24,626 nt of DNA, taken from positions 1 to 24,626 of the IMG/VR virus record IMGVR_UViG_3300038809_000020. The stretch is one strand, 5' to 3'. The first letter of the stretch is position 1. The number at the start of each line of letters is the position of its first letter. Source of the DNA: a virus. Its lineage: Duplodnaviria > Caudoviricetes. Of this stretch, positions 22,804 to 24,626 are shown one piece after another. Below the pieces are notes generated by a model, which searched no databases, was not told the DNA's origin, and was given only the letters and a program-made list of their open reading frames with translations. Made by a program: the position numbers and the translations under genes.

Positions 22804-24626
22804 CGACAAGCTTAGGATCGTCGCCACCGTCGAGGATCAGTTCACCGGACCGCTGTCCAAGCTCGAGAAGGGCATCAAGCGGGTCGGCGACGAGACGACC
22901 AAGCAGGGCGCGACCTGGAAGAAGGACTGGGCCGGCGTTCGGGAGGAGGTCGGCAAGTTCCAGGGTGTCCTGCGCGGCTTCGACCCGATCTTCGCGGCGG
23001 TCGGTGTGACGGGCTTCGGCGCGGCCATGTCGATCACCGGCATGGTGTCGGCGCTGCGCGGCTTCAGCGGCTCGACGCAGCAGCTGTCAATGCTGTCCCG
23101 GGAAACTGGCGTGGCGGTCGACAAGCTGCGCGCGTTCGGGGCGCTCGGCGAGCGGTTCGGCGTGTCGGCCGACAGCATGAAGAGCTCGGTCGCGTCCTTC
23201 GCGACCTCGATGTTCGACCTGCGCCGGCGGTGGGGCGAGGCTTACTCCGGCCTGCAGGCGATGAACCTCGGCAAGCTCGCCGAGGACCTAGTCAACGCCC
23301 CCAACATGGACGAGGCGCTCAAGCGCGCCGTCGACGGCATCCAGGCGATCCCGGAGCCGGAGGTGCGTCGGCGCGTGTCGCGGATGCTGTTCGGCACCGA
23401 CGATATCGCCCGCATCGCCGGATCGATGTCGGGCAAGTTCTCCGAGGCGTTGGCCCAGGTCCAGAAAGAGGTCGGGCACCTCGACAAACAGACCGAGGAA
23501 GCAGCCGCCCGCTTCGAGCAGAGCATGGGCCGGATCGGCGCCGCGGCCGAGCGGCTGAAGCTCAAGGTCCTCGGGCCGATGCTCAAGGGCACGGCCGACC
23601 TGATCGAGGACGCCGAGAAGAATGGGCTGCGCGGCAACGAGGGCGAGCAGGCGCTCCGCAATCAGCTGTCCCCGTTCGGCGGGCCCGAGGCGACACCGCG
23701 GGACAAGCTGGAGGGTCGCCGCGCCCAGGTTGAACAGCAACTCAAGCTCCTGGAGGCCGGCCCGCGCGGGGCGGATTACCAGCGCAAGCACGACCGGATG
23801 GTCGAGGAGTTGAAGCGGGTCGCCGACGAGTTGCAGAAGGTTCGGGAGAACGGCGGAGCGAGCGTCAGTCCCTCCAGCTTCGGCGGGCCCACGGGCGGCG
23901 GCGGGTCGCTGATCCAGAAGGCCGCCTGGGGCGGCGGTGGGTTCGGAGGCGGCGGCGGGTTCGGTGGCAGCGGCGGCGGTGGGTTCGGTGGCGGCGGATC
24001 CGGCGGTGGCCGCGGCAGCTATTCCGGCGGAGCGTCTCCGCGCGCTCCGGTCCCGCACGCGGGCGCGATCCAGCGCGGAAGCGGCCCTGTCACGCCCGGC
24101 ACCGGCCCGTTGGGCGAGGCTCCTCAAGCGCAGGAGCCGAAGGACTACTTCGGCCAGGACGTCGACGTCTCCCGCCTGCCGGCAGGCATGCGCAACAACA
24201 ACCCCGGGAACCTGAAGTACTCCGGCTCGGAGTGGCAGCGCCGCAACTTCCCGGGCATGGTTGGGCCCTCGCAGAACACTGATCAGGGCTCGCCCCAGAT
24301 CGTGTTCAACAGCCCCGAAGCCGGCATGCGCGCGGCGGCCCGCCTCGCCCTGACGAAGTTCGATGGCGGGGCCGACACGCTCCAGAAGATCATCGCGGGG
24401 GCCAACGGCTGGACGCCGGGCCATCCGACGGCGCCGGCCAACATCGCCAAGACGATGGGGATCGGCCCGAACGACAGGCTCGACCTACGCGACCCGGCGC
24501 AGATGCAGAAGTTCCTCCGCGGCCTGCTGTGGCAGGAGCACGGGCCGTCGAACCTCCTGTACAAGGACGAAACGCTGCAGCGGGCCGCCGAGGCTGCGCT
24601 GGGCCGAGGCGGCGGGGCGGGCTCCG
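22796..24626 (+). CDS. Tape measure protein with lysozyme-like RNNNPGN domain (partial, runs off window; absent from ORF track)
   Basis: GAGGA RBS; MADDKLRIVATVEDQFTGPL..., long helical region, Gly-rich linker, then GMRNNNPGNLK...F.SPE.G.RA. Confidence 0.88.
   Translation, partial: MADDKLRIVATVEDQFTGPLSKLEKGIKRVGDETTKQGATWKKDWAGVREEVGKFQGVLRGFDPIFAAVGVTGFGAAMSITGMVSALRGFSGSTQQLSMLSRETGVAVDKLRAFGALGERFGVSADSMKSSVASFATSMFDLRRRWGEAYSGLQAMNLGKLAEDLVNAPNMDEALKRAVDGIQAIPEPEVRRRVSRMLFGTDDIARIAGSMSGKFSEALAQVQKEVGHLDKQTEEAAARFEQSMGRIGAAAERLKLKVLGPMLKGTADLIEDAEKNGLRGNEGEQALRNQLSPFGGPEATPRDKLEGRRAQVEQQLKLLEAGPRGADYQRKHDRMVEELKRVADELQKVRENGGASVSPSSFGGPTGGGGSLIQKAAWGGGGFGGGGGFGGSGGGGFGGGGSGGGRGSYSGGASPRAPVPHAGAIQRGSGPVTPGTGPLGEAPQAQEPKDYFGQDVDVSRLPAGMRNNNPGNLKYSGSEWQRRNFPGMVGPSQNTDQGSPQIVFNSPEAGMRAAARLALTKFDGGADTLQKIIAGANGWTPGHPTAPANIAKTMGIGPNDRLDLRDPAQMQKFLRGLLWQEHGPSNLLYKDETLQRAAEAALGRGGGAGS
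23929..24030 (+). repeat. Gly-rich low-complexity coding repeat (GGGGF-type units) in the tape measure gene
   Basis: Repeated GGCGGCGG(T/C)GGGTTCGG units. Confidence 0.7.

Larger units (their letters stand above)
1..24626 (+). mobile_element. Prophage/temperate phage segment (lambda-like head, Mu-like contractile tail), extends beyond both window ends
   Basis: Co-oriented terminase, portal, protease, capsid, sheath, tube and tape measure genes in canonical order, plus a cos-like site. Confidence 0.97.

Noticed and set aside
158-24564. Many long minus-strand and alternative-frame ORFs in the ORF track
   Set aside because: Shadow ORFs typical of high-GC DNA; Arg/Pro/Gly-rich, no motifs, and they overlap well-supported + strand genes

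Overview
A GC-rich temperate phage (prophage) segment, all on the + strand. The host is inferred to be an alphaproteobacterium, probably Methylobacterium-like, from the MucR gene and a GAAC-N7-GAAC LexA box. Order: end of the replication module; MucR/Ros; a low-GC, frameshifted AIPR-family gene; two putative late regulators behind a LexA box; a putative late promoter and terminator; a ~5 kb accessory leader (small ORFs, three densely structured non-coding regions, a DNA methyltransferase, a short serine recombinase with a palindromic crossover-like site); a gpZ-like gene; a lambda-type cos site; a lambda-like head module (TerS, TerL, gpW, portal, protease with nested scaffold, decoration protein, capsid E); and a Mu-like contractile tail (sheath, tube, -1 frameshifted chaperone, tape measure running off the window). 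The most unusual signal is the set of candidate structured RNAs at 5646-5843, 6260-6447 and 8177-8315. The second carries a 14-nt exact copy of the 23S rRNA sarcin-ricin loop core on a non-rRNA stem. All family calls are from motif recognition and gene order; no database search or folding program was run.
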